Shown here: positions 41,621-53,800 of the stretch, piece by piece | Layout of the letters: each line of letters opens with the position of its first letter | Position numbering within the stretch: the stretch's first letter is position 1 | Source: Setoptus koraiensis | Taxonomy: Eukaryota > Animalia > Arthropoda | Direction of reading: 5' to 3' | Length of the DNA: 64,000 nt | Assembly: GCA_048013815.1 (NCBI GenBank) | Contig: CM106585.1 | Span: 17,732,001 to 17,796,000 of the forward strand | Program-made: the position numbers and the translations under genes | The notes under the pieces: generated by a model | The model's input: the letters and a program-made list of their open reading frames with translations, nothing else | Told to the model about the DNA's origin: nothing | The model's database searches: none

Positions 41621-42247
41621 GATTATTGGGCGTGTCAAGTGGTCTAATTTAGGTTAATCTATTGGATCCAACTAGGTGAGAGTCGGCAGAAATAGATTCC
41701 TCTTTTTCAGTATGTGTTGGTGCCCAAAAAACAACTCGACGCTTGCAATTGGATGAAATTGAAACGAGTTGTAGATGATGTTGACTATAGCAGCGAAATC
41801 AGTGCTAGGTCTACTGTGCTCTCGTGTGGAAACAAATCAGTCAATTCGTTCATTTGATTTGTGTTTGTAGTTTGCGACAAGTTAGACTTTGTCGAAAAAT
41901 GATTGTATGCGAGCCCAATCACGTGACACACTCCGAGTGCTTCAATTGATCACAATCAACAAAGGTCTTGACCAGTGCCTATCAGAGGCATATTCATGTT
42001 TGTGCTGGCTGTTATTGATGTAACTAGGATGCGAGTACGGAAGATTGGAAATCGGATCTGAAATTCACTACTTTCCGACATTTTTCAATCAAATGGTGAT
42101 TTCCGATGGATGCGTGAAAGGTTTCATCAATTGATCTCTGCATCTCAGTCAAATATGGCTCGGCGAGTGGCTATAACTTGAACAGTATGCAGACCTCAAT
42201 CTATTGTTTGACAATATCAATGATTAAGGTTACTACAAAAAAAAAAA

Positions 42248-44197
42248 ATGAGTGACACTCTGGACTCAAAATCTAGGGCATTGGTTAGGACGTATGATTT
42301 TGCAAAAGATGGTTATGAAGTGTTTGAGGAGATAAATAGTGGCTCTTTTGCTAGAGTTTATCGTGGCTTACATAAGAAAAAAGAGCAAGTAGCTATAAAG
42401 ATAATGGATCTCACCAAAACAACTAAAAATTTTCGCACCAAGTTATTGCCGATGGAATTGATAGCATTGAGAACATTATCTCACCCTTATATTATAAAAC
42501 TTTTAGACATCTACTATCATAATTCAAAAATTTACATTTTTATGGAGCTGGCTGACAATGGCAATCTAATTGAGTATGTCCTGAAATATGGCGCTGTTGC
42601 TGAGACGAAGGCACGCCTTTGGTTTGCGCAAATATGTAGCGCTGTAATTTACATGCAAAATAGCTGCTTGTTGGCTCATAGGGATCTCAAATGCGACAAT
42701 GTTTTGTTGCATCAGGACTCGGCCAGACTAACTGATTTTAGTTTAGTTTGTCGAGTGCGTCACACAACGATTCAAGTCATGATGCCCGAAAATCCTCTAG
42801 TTATAAATCCGAATTCAAAATCAAATATAAGCACTCGTCAAGTGCAAAGATTGGCCACCACTTTTTGTGGTTCGCCGGCCTATGTCGCGCCAGAAATTCT
42901 ATTATCTAGACCCTATGATCCATTTATTGCTGATTGTTGGAGTTTGGGTATAATTTTGTATGTTATGTTAAATAATGCCCTGCCTTTCGATGATTCTGAC
43001 TTACCCGCCATGATTGCGAATCAATTGCGCAACAAGTGGTCATTCAATAATCGTGTACAGCCATATCCAAGTTCTAGCTCGCGTCAATTGATTAGGGCCA
43101 TGCTGCAACCGAAACCGTCGCAACGATACGGTATCGAGAAAATAATGAATCATCCGTGGCTAAGGGCGCAGATGCGAGAGGTACAAGCCTTTGTAGCGGC
43201 TCAAGAGCAAGAACAGCAACAACAAATAGAACAGCAACAGCAACAATTACAAGAGCAACAGCAGCAGCAACAACTATCAGAACAGCAGCAACAAGCTAAT
43301 GTTGCAGCAACAACAGCACCGGCGACAACAGCGCCGGCGACAACAGCGCCGGCGACAACAGCGCCGGCGACAACAGCGCCGGCGACAACAGCACCGGCGA
43401 CAACAGCACCGGCGACAACAGCGCCGGCGACAACAGCACCGGCCACAACAGCACCGGCCACAGCAGTACCGGCCACAGCAGTACCGGCCACAGCAGTACC
43501 GGAGGTAGCAGCACCGGAGGTAGCGGTACCGGTAACACCAGCAACTGCGGATATTTCACAACGATCGCCGGTTAGCCCGACATCTGCGAATAACATTCCA
43601 GTGGCTTCAGGTGCAACCCAGGGAAAGGCGCGAACAAGCCGGAAGTATGCGGCAGAAAAAACGCCAGATCGAGCTAGCGCATCACCGGCGGCTGCAGGGC
43701 CGAAAGGTTCTAGAGTCGTTGCAAAAACGCCGGATCGAGCTAGCGCTTCACCAACAGTTGGGGCGAAACATAAGGCGCGTTCGCAGAGATCCTCTGCAAA
43801 CTTGAAAAAAGTCAATCAACAACAGCCAATAAATAGTCCCGCTGGCGCTCCACCGGGTACGAGGGTGTCGAAGAGCCAACGGAAAAAGCAACAAGCTTCG
43901 GCAAACAAAGAAAAGCGAGAAAAAACACCCCAGAAAGACGGCAGGAGTATTAAGACTGCAGCAACAAGTCCAAAGCAGCATGGCGGTAGCGTCTCTCCGT
44001 CAGCAAATAGCAAAAAGCTAGAGCCAAAGAAAAGTGACTCGCCGCTACCCGTTGCTCCACAAGTATCCAAAGCAAGTGTTGATGTAGTAACTAGTTTGAA
44101 GTCTCGCAGCAGCTTCCAGTCACCCTCACCAGGTAGCGCAACATCACACGCATCGGATGATCCACTCAACTACACTAATCAGGACAAGAAACAATGA
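42248..44197 (+). CDS. TSSK: TSSK-like kinase with poly-Gln, (ATTAP)n and a basic C-terminal extension
   Basis: SGSFARVY, VAIKIM, HRDLKCDNVLL, TDFS, TFCGSPAYVAPEIL, PYDP..ADCWSLG. Confidence 0.9.
   Translation: MSDTLDSKSRALVRTYDFAKDGYEVFEEINSGSFARVYRGLHKKKEQVAIKIMDLTKTTKNFRTKLLPMELIALRTLSHPYIIKLLDIYYHNSKIYIFMELADNGNLIEYVLKYGAVAETKARLWFAQICSAVIYMQNSCLLAHRDLKCDNVLLHQDSARLTDFSLVCRVRHTTIQVMMPENPLVINPNSKSNISTRQVQRLATTFCGSPAYVAPEILLSRPYDPFIADCWSLGIILYVMLNNALPFDDSDLPAMIANQLRNKWSFNNRVQPYPSSSSRQLIRAMLQPKPSQRYGIEKIMNHPWLRAQMREVQAFVAAQEQEQQQQIEQQQQQLQEQQQQQQLSEQQQQANVAATTAPATTAPATTAPATTAPATTAPATTAPATTAPATTAPATTAPATTAPATAVPATAVPATAVPEVAAPEVAVPVTPATADISQRSPVSPTSANNIPVASGATQGKARTSRKYAAEKTPDRASASPAAAGPKGSRVVAKTPDRASASPTVGAKHKARSQRSSANLKKVNQQQPINSPAGAPPGTRVSKSQRKKQQASANKEKREKTPQKDGRSIKTAATSPKQHGGSVSPSANSKKLEPKKSDSPLPVAPQVSKASVDVVTSLKSRSSFQSPSPGSATSHASDDPLNYTNQDKKQ
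43216..43520 (+). repeat. CAG/CAA tract followed by a 15-bp coding tandem repeat (~12 copies plus degenerate units)
   Basis: GC(G/A)ACAACAGC(G/A)CCG units encoding ATTAP, grading into ATAVP and EVAAP. Confidence 0.95.
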
Positions 44198-44493
44198 TTA
44201 AGGAAATATCAAATAAACAGCACTTTTAAGTCGATTTTAGTTTTTTCCAGATATATGGGCTCTGACATTGACAAAAGAATATCTCCATCATACTGTTAGT
44301 GTTTTATCTGGTACCAAAAGAATTTTCATTCAAAACAGATTTCGTTGATTCCTAATCAAAACAATTGAGGTCGATCTGCAGTTCCCCCGATGAACATTTT
44401 CACTTGCTGCACCTACCTCAATCTCAGCATATCGGCAATAATACATATGTACAATCCATAATTAATGAGGTAACAATAATAATTGATTGTTTG

Positions 44494-45537
44494 TCAATCG
44501 TTTTCGGTGCCACCTTTATCCAATGCAGCGTTATTATTTATACTGTTTGCATCTATTGCGTCCTCATTCGCTCGATCCATTGACGTGGTTGGTGGTGACG
44601 GAATAGATGATGTTGGAATAGAAGAAGACGATGGTGTTTCTACTTGTGGTACATTGATCTCTTGACCTAAACACCAATTGTGTCGCATTACATCCTCCAT
44701 CGAGGGCCGTCTAGATTCATCTGGCTCAAACATTCTATGTATGAGATCTTTGGCGGATGTGCTAACTTCAAATTCTTTGTCCTCTCTATATTTGTAAATG
44801 CCCAGCAATTGTGTCTGGAGCATTCGTTTTATGTCTCTGAATTTGAATGGGAATTTATTGTTTAACATACCATACAAGACAACACCCATGGCCCAAACAT
44901 CTGATTTGAACGGATTGTAGGGCTTCTTTTCCAGTATTTGAGGCGAATAATAGGGCAACGTACCGCAGAATGTTTCGCTCAAATTGAGCCTGCCAGTTTC
45001 GGCGTCGTAAGCTATTCTAGCGAAGCCAAAATCGGTTAATTTGGCTTGGTTTTGAGTATCTAACAGTATATTGTCTACTTTAATATCCCTGTGGGCAATA
45101 CCGAATCTACTATGACAATAATCTAAGGCACTACCAACCTGACAAAACCAAATTCTAGCTTGTGACTCTTGGAGGGCGTCGTGCTTTTTTATATAATCTC
45201 CTATGGTGCCATTAGGTGCAAATTCCATAAATATAAATATCTTGCCGGCCATTCGAAATATATCAAAGATCCTAATAACATTCGGATGTCGAACTTGTAT
45301 GAGTACGCTGAGCTCACGAGGTAGAAATTTCTGCTTGAATTTCTCGCCACATTTTTCTAGATCCATCAATTTTACAGCAGCGGCCGATTCAACGCCTCCT
45401 CGCACTTTCGTGCATAGATTCACCGTGCCAAAGGCCCCAGAGGCAAGCCTTTTGTAGATTGTGTAACCTTTTTTCTTGAGTACAGCCAATGTTCTCGGGT
45501 CTAGTTGGTCACTTGGATCAAAGGTTGGTTTTCCCAT
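44494..45537 (-). CDS. TSSK: TSSK-like kinase (APE motif reads SPQ)
   Basis: ASGAFGTV, AAVKLM, FLPRELSVL..VRHPNV, HRDIKVDNILL, TDFGFA, TFCGTLPYYSPQ, PYNPFKSDVWAMG. Confidence 0.9.
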   Translation of the reverse strand: MGKPTFDPSDQLDPRTLAVLKKKGYTIYKRLASGAFGTVNLCTKVRGGVESAAAVKLMDLEKCGEKFKQKFLPRELSVLIQVRHPNVIRIFDIFRMAGKIFIFMEFAPNGTIGDYIKKHDALQESQARIWFCQVGSALDYCHSRFGIAHRDIKVDNILLDTQNQAKLTDFGFARIAYDAETGRLNLSETFCGTLPYYSPQILEKKPYNPFKSDVWAMGVVLYGMLNNKFPFKFRDIKRMLQTQLLGIYKYREDKEFEVSTSAKDLIHRMFEPDESRRPSMEDVMRHNWCLGQEINVPQVETPSSSSIPTSSIPSPPTTSMDRANEDAIDANSINNNAALDKGGTEND

Positions 45538-46222
45538 TTTATTCTAATGTCGCTACTAGTGCCCTCCACAAATAAGCCACCGTTAACCATACAAGCCATC
45601 TATTGATTCTAGCCAACAGTTTGGGGACATCAAGTAATGATGAATCACTAAGAATTTGGAGCAATAATTTTTACTTAGGAACAACAAAACTAGAGATCTT
45701 AATTTATGACCTGTCAGCGCGATAATAACAGAAATATTTCACGTGGCGATTCCGATCACAAACTGAAAATAATTTTTTCGGCCGCGTGAACTACAACTGA
45801 TCAATCACCTGCTAACGGATCAAAGATAGCTAGCGAAAATTTCAATAATAAGAGAACAAAGCCGATATAATCGACGACATGACCAGTCCCTGAAAAGATA
45901 ATTTGGATACCAAAATTGGTCAAATATCGGCGCAGTTCTCTATTGATCGAGACTAGATTGTAGAATTGAATTTCGTTGATCTATGTTCTCTCAAACAAAC
46001 TTTAATTTACACTCAAAGAGTATCAAGGTGAACGCTGAATTGGATCCTGACTATTCCATGGTTCTAACACCAGTGGTGTGATATATTTGTTTCAGCGAAT
46101 GAGAAAAATCATAAAGGAAGAATCAACAATTGTGAGAATCGGATGACTCAAGCAGCTGGCGCTAATTGCTTTTGTGACCCACCAAATCACCTAGTCAGCA
46201 ACCAACAAAAAACGACAAGTCT

Positions 46223-46537
46223 ATGAGTACCAAAGCAAATAGTTATAAATATCAAGCAACAAAGCAGCCCTTCTCCGCTAAAAGCATTATAAATAATACT
46301 TATGATCATGAACGGCACGATGAACCGACATACATTAGGTTATTTCCTAAATTCGTCGCCTCAGTTTATACAAAACAACCACAATATGTGCCAGAAAATT
46401 ACATCCCGACAGTTCAACAAACACAGCCGCAGGCATTCAGAACTGTGGTCGAGAAAGGTGCCCACGGTGAGATGGATAGAGTTTCGGCGATACCGTCAGA
46501 TTTTGAGCATATATTCCACTTTAGCGACGCAGAGTAA
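46223..46537 (+). CDS. Small orphan ORF (104 aa), possibly the first exon of a spliced gene
   Basis: ATG start. The end overlaps a donor-like GCAGA|GTAAGT, and a possible acceptor AAACAG| near 46649 would add GLHNVHPKK. No recognisable domain. Confidence 0.45.
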   Translation: MSTKANSYKYQATKQPFSAKSIINNTYDHERHDEPTYIRLFPKFVASVYTKQPQYVPENYIPTVQQTQPQAFRTVVEKGAHGEMDRVSAIPSDFEHIFHFSDAE

Positions 46538-46872
46538 GTTTTCCCTTCTTTTAATCTAATTTACATCTCGCTAACACTGACACACAATTAATCCTTCATG
46601 AAATTATGTTCAGTAGTTACTAATAATTGCAATATCTCTCAAAAAACAGGGGCCTTCACAACGTCCATCCCAAAAAGTAGTGGTAATGTTCTGTTGACAT
46701 GATTTCAATGCTTTCACAGTAAACAAATTGTACCTAGAAGAACAAATCGACAATTGCCACTCATAAATTTGAAGAGATCGGTCTGAAATTAGTCAAGCAA
46801 TTTCAGAGAAATTAGATTGATATTGGAATTAAAAAAATTGGTGCACTTTTTGAATGCATTGCTCTCTTTCTA

Positions 46873-47807
46873 TTATTGATTGCCTTCCGTCCGAGGCAAC
46901 TTTGGAGTGCCGGTAATATTATTTGTTTTTTTGTAACTTTTCGCCGAATCTTTTGTGTTTTTTGCTGCTTCGTGATTTTCTGAAAATTCATTGCTCGCAT
47001 CTTCCGCCGTTGATGATTGAGGCGATAAGCGACCCGTAACTATTGTCGCTGGCGTAACAAACTGCTTGAAGATTGCTCTAGGTCTCTTGACGATCCTTCG
47101 TATGATTGGCTTGTCTTCTGGAATCGTTTTCGCTATAACCTCGAAAAGGGCAGAATCTTTTATTGTTGCCGGTCTATTTCCGAAGCCCAGTGTAGCAGGT
47201 GATACAACGTCGCTAGATTTGAAAACTTGTCCAGCAATCTTGGGCGAATGACTTGATTTTCTATTAGATGATGATGATTTTGGTTTGATTACCACAGCCG
47301 GATCGGATTCAAGAATTATTGGTGTGTCAGGTAGGCGACTAGCTCTTCTCAGTTCATAGAATAAAAGGCCAGAGAAGCCAACCAGAGCTCCGGCCATTAG
47401 ATAACCACCTTGGTATGATCCAGTTACATCGTGTATCTTTCCGATAATAGGCATACCAAAGATTGTGCCCACACCAGTCAGACTCAGCATCATTCCATAA
47501 AGTCCAATTAATGAGTCGGGACTAAACAAGTCCTGCAATATGATTGGTTCTAAAATGGTGGTTGTTCCTGAGACAAAACCAAAGAGGAACATGTAAAGAG
47601 CCATGACTAGATAATCTGTGGAGAAAGCGGTACAAATTGTTAGTAATCCAGCTAGGACCGTTGTTGTAGCATAGACATGCGATCTGAAATTCTTTGCAAT
47701 ATAATTGGCCACAAATCCTGTAGCAAGTCGGCCCAAAAATTCAGCCAGGGCATTTATGGCGATCAACCATGAGGCGCCTTGGCCATCTGTAACTTTGTCG
47801 TACAAAC
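46873..47807 (-). CDS. MFS monocarboxylate-transporter (SLC16-like), C-terminal half only; 5' part lost at the junction with the A/T block
   Basis: LIAINALAEFLGRL, LFGFVSG...ILQDLFSPDSLIGLYG, FGMPIIGKIHDVTGSY..GYLMAG. There is no ATG, and the frame runs directly into low-complexity sequence. Confidence 0.88.
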
Positions 47808-50800
47808 TTTATTTTTTTTTTTTTTATTAATATATATTTTTTTATATACTTTTTTTAATATTTAATAATATATTTATAAATTTTTTATTTTTATTTTTAA
47901 TATTTTATTAAATAATTTAATTAATATTTTTTATTTATTTTTATTTTTTTATTATTTATTATTTTATTAAATCATTCTAATATATATATTAATTAATTTT
48001 TATAATATAATTTTTTTATTTTTATTAATTTTTTATTTTAATTATTAAATTTTTTTTTTTATTTTTATTATATTTATATATTTATTATTATATATTTTAT
48101 ATAATTTTTATTTTTAATATTTATATTTTTTATTTTTTTTTATATTATTATTATTATATAATATTTATTTTATTAATTTTTATTTATTTATTATATTTAT
48201 TTATTATTTATATATTTTTTTATTTATTTATTATAATTTTTAATTTTTTAATATTATTTTTTATAATTAATTTTTATATTTTTTATTTTATTTTTATTTT
48301 TTTTATTTTTATATATTTATTTTTATTATTTTATTTTTATTTTTATTTATTATATTATTATTTTTTATTATTTTATTATATTATTTTATATTTTATTTTA
48401 TTTTATATTTTTAATATTTTTATTTTATTTATTATATTATTTTTATTATTTTTTATTTATTAATTTATTTTATTTATTTTTATATTTTATTATTTTATAT
48501 TTTTTATTTTTTTTATTTATTTAATTTATTTTATTTTTATTATATTTTATTTTATTTTATTATTTTTTTTTAATTTATTATTTTTATTATTTATTTTATA
48601 TTATTTATTATTTTTATATTTTTTATTTATTTTTATTAATTTATTTTTATTTTATTATTTTATAATTTATATTTATTTTTTATTTTATTATTTATATTTA
48701 TTTTTTTATTTTTTATTTATATTTTATTTATAATATTATTTATATTTTATTTTTTATTATATTTTTTATTATATTTTTTATTTTTATATTTTTTTTTATT
48801 TTATTATTTTTTTTTATTTATTTTTTATTTATTATTTATATATTATTTTTTATTATTTATTTATTTTATTTTATATATATTTTATTATTATTTTTTTTAT
48901 ATTTATATTTTTATATTATATTTTTTTTAAATTATTTTTATTTTATTTATTATATTTATTTTTTTTTATATTAATTTATTTTATTATTTTAATTTTATTT
49001 ATTTTTATTTTTTTATTATTTTATTTATATTATATATTTTATTTTTTTATTTATATTTATTTTATTTAATTTTTTATAATTTTATTTATTTATATAATTT
49101 TTTTATTTTATTTTTATATAATTTTATTTTTTTTTTTATTTTAATTTTTTATTTATTATTTTATATTTTTTATATTATTATTTTTATTTTATTATTTTTT
49201 TATATTTATTATTGTTTTTTTTTATTTATAATTTTTATTTATATTATTTTATATTATTTATATTTTTATTTTTTATTATTATTTTTAATTTATTTTATTT
49301 TATTATTTTTTATTTTTATTTAATTATTTATTTATTTTATATTATTATTTTATTTAATTTATTTTATATATATTTTATTTTTATTATATTATTTTATTAT
49401 TATATATTTATATTTATATTTTTATTTTATTTACTTTTTATTTATTTTATAATTTTTTATTTTATATATTATTTATTTTTTATTTTTTATTTTTTTTTAT
49501 ATATTTTTTATATATTTATTTTATATTTTTTATTTATTATATTATTTTTATTATTTTTTATATATTTATTATTATTTATAATTTATTTTTATTTAATTTT
49601 ATTTTTTATTTTTTTTATTTATATTTATTTTTTTTTATATTTATATTTTTTTAATTATTATTTATTTTATATTTTTATTTTTTTATATTTTTATTTTATA
49701 TTTATTTATTTTAATTTTTATAATTTTTATTTTTTATTTATTTTTATATATTTTATATTTATAATATTTATTTTATTATTTTTTTTTTTTTTTTATTTAA
49801 ATTATTATTATTTTTTATTATATTATTTATATTTTTTATTTATTTTATTTATATTTTATTATATATTTTATATTTTTATATTATTTATTTTTATTTTTAT
49901 TTTTATTATTTATTTTTATTCTTATTTCTATTTTTATTTTTATTTGGTTTTTATTTTTTTATTTTTTTTTTTAATTTTTATTTTTATTTTTTTATTTTTA
50001 ATTTTTATTTTTTATTTATTATTTATATTAAATATTTTATATTATATTTATTTTTAATTTTATTTTTATTTTTATTATTTTATATTTATTTATATATATT
50101 TTATATATTATTTATATTTTATTTATTTTATTATTTTTTATATTTATTATTATTATAATTTTTTTATATTTATTATATATATTATTTTTTATTTATTATT
50201 TAATATTTTATATTTTATTATTTTATATTAATAAATTTATTTTAATTATTTTATTATTTAATTTTTTATATTATTATTTTATATATTAATTTTATTATTT
50301 ATTATTTTTTTTATTATTTTTATTAATATTATTTATTATATAATATTTTATTTTATATTTTTATATAATATTTTTATTATTTATTATTTTATTTTATTTA
50401 TAATATTTATTTATTATTTTATTATAATATTTATTAATTTATTTATTTTTTATTTATTTATTTATATTATATTATAATTTTATTTATTATTTTAAATTTT
50501 TTTATATTTTTTTATTAATATTTTTTATATATTTATTAATTTATTAATTATTATATTTTTATTATTTTATTTATTTAATTTTTATATTTATATTTATTTT
50601 ATTTTATATTTATTTTATAATTATTTTTTTATTTATTTTATTTATTTTATTATTTTTTAATATAAATTTTTATATAATTATTATTTATAATTATTATTTA
50701 TTATATTTTTATTAATATTTATTTATTTTATTTATAATTATTTATTATTTAATTTTATTATTATAATTTTTATATTTTAATTTTTTTATTATAATTATAT

Positions 50801-53800
50801 TTTATTTATTATATATTTTTATTTAATTTATTATTTTTATTTATTTATTTAATATTATATTTTTATTTTTTTTATTTAAATTATATTTTTTTATAATTTT
50901 ATATTATTTATTTTTATTTATATATTATTATTTTAAATTTTTTATAATTTATTTTTATTTTAATTATTTTTTTAATTTTATTATTTATTTTTTTTTATTT
51001 TATATTTTATTTATTATATTTTTATATGTATATATGTTTTATATTTTAATTATTTTTTTTATATTTTATATTTTTTATAATTTATTTTTTTAATATTATT
51101 TATTTATTTTTTTGTTATATTTTTATTTTTTTTATTTTTTTATTTAATTATTTATTTTTATTTTATTTATATTTATTTTAATTATATTTTATTATTATTT
51201 TTATTATATTATTTTATTTATTTATTATTTATTTATATTTTATTTATATTTAAATTATTTATATTTTTTTATTATTTATTATATTTTATTTTTATTATTT
51301 TTTTATTTTATATTTATTATTTAATATTTAAATTATTTTATATTAATTTTATTTTTTATTTATTATATATTTATTTTTATTTTATTTATTTTTATTTATT
51401 AATTATTTTATATATTTTTTTTTAATTATATAATTTATAATTTTATTTATAATATTTAATATTTTATTAATTTATATATATATTTATTTTTATTTATTAT
51501 ATTTAATTTTATTTTATATTTATTATATTTATTTTAATTATTATAATTATATATTTTATTTATAATTATATTATATTTTTATTATATTTTTTATTTATAT
51601 TTTTAATTATATATTTATTTTAATATTTTTTAATATTATTTTTATTTATATTATTTTATATTTTTATTTTTATTATATTTTAATTTTATATTATTTTATT
51701 TTATTTATTAATTTTTATTTATTTTATTTATTATTTATATTATTTTTTAAATTATTTATTTTAATTTTTTTTATTATTTTATTTTTTTATTTTTATATAA
51801 TATTTTTATTTTAATTTATATATTATTTTTATTTATTTATTTTATTTTTATTTATTTATTAATTTTATTTTATTATTTTATTTATATTTTTTATTTATTT
51901 TTTTTATTTAAATTTTTATTTTTATTTTTTTAATATTTTATTTTATTTATTTTATTATATATATTATTTTATTTTTTATTTTATTTTTTTTATATTTTTA
52001 TTTTTTTTATTTTTTATTTTTTATTTTTATTAAATTTTTTTATTTTTATTTATTATTTATTTTTTATTATTTTTTTATTTATATATATATTTTTTATTTT
52101 ATTTTTAAATTTTATTTTTATTTTTTATATTTATATTATTTTTAAATTTATATTTATTTTTCTTATTAATTATTATTTAATTTTTATATTTTATAATATT
52201 TTTATATATATTATTTTATATATTTTTATAATTTTTATTTGTTATTTATAATTATTTTTATTTTATTTTTATATTTATATATATTTTTATTTATATTATT
52301 ATATTTTATTTATTATTTTTTTATTATTTTTATTTTTTTAATTTTATTTGTATATTTTTATTATATTTTTATTATTATTTTTAATATTTATATATATTAT
52401 ATTATTATTATTTATTAAATTTATTATTTATTATTATTTTTTTTTTTTTTTTATTAAATTTTTTTTTTAATATATTTTATTTTAATTTATTTTTTATTAT
52501 ATAAATATTAATTATTTATTATTTTTATATATTTAATTTATTATTTTATTTTTAATTAATTATTTATTAAATATTTTTTTTTTTAATTATTTTTATTATA
52601 ATTAATTTATTTTAATATATTTTATTATTTTTATTATATTTAATTTTTATATTTTATTTATTTTTATAATTTTTTTATATTAATATATATATTATTTAAA
52701 TTTTAATTTTTTTTTTATTTTATTTAATTTTTATTTATTTATTTATTTATTATTTTTTATATATTTTATTTTTTTATTTTATATAATAAATATTTTTATT
52801 TATTTTTATATTATTTATATAAATTTTTATATTTTATATTTTAATTTTTTAAATATAATTTTTATAATATTAATATTTATATATTTATAATTTTAATTTA
52901 ATTTTTTTAATTTTTTATAATATATTTTTATTTTTTTTTTTTTTTATATTTTTTTTATTTATTATTTTTTTTTTTATTATTTTTATTATTATTATTTATT
53001 TATTAATTATATTTTTTATTTTTAAATATATATTTTATATATATATTATTAATTTTTTTTTATATTTTTATATTTAATATAATTTTATTTTTTTTTTTAT
53101 TTTTTTTAATATTATATATAATATTTATTTTATTTTTATTTTATTTTTTATATTTTTATAATAATATTTATAATATTATTAATATTTATTAATTATTTTT
53201 TATATTTTTATAATATAATTTATTTTATTTTTATTTTAATTTATTTTATTATTATATTATTATTTTTAATATTTAAATTTATTATTATTATTTATTATTT
53301 AATTTTTTATTTTATTTTTATTTATTTTTTTTTTTTTTTTTTTATAACTTTTTTTATAATATTTTATTTATTTTTTTATTTTATATTTTATTTATATTTT
53401 TTATTTTTATTATAATTATATTTTTTTTTTTTATATTATATTTATATTTTTTATTTTTTTTATAATTATAATTTTATATTTATTTATTTATTTTATTTAT
53501 ATTTTTTTTTTTATTATATTTTATTATTTATTATTTTTTTATTTTATTTTTTTATTTAATTTTTATTCTTAATTATATTTTTATATTAATATTTTTATTA
53601 TTATTTATATTAATATTTTATTTTTTTTTAATATTATTTATTTTTTTTTTTTATTTTTTTTTTATTATTAATTTATTTTAATTATTTTATTTAATTTTTT
53701 TTTTTTTTTTATATTTTTTATTTTATTTTATTTTATTTATTATTATATTTTTTTTATCTTTTTATTTTTATTATTTTTTTTTTTATTTTTATTAATTTTT

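Noticed and set aside
10610-45745. TCACG(C/T)G motif in several upstream regions (10610, 30228, 41919, 45739) as a shared testis promoter element
   Set aside because: There are too few exact copies of a short CpG-containing word to call enrichment by eye. It needs a motif search with a genomic background.
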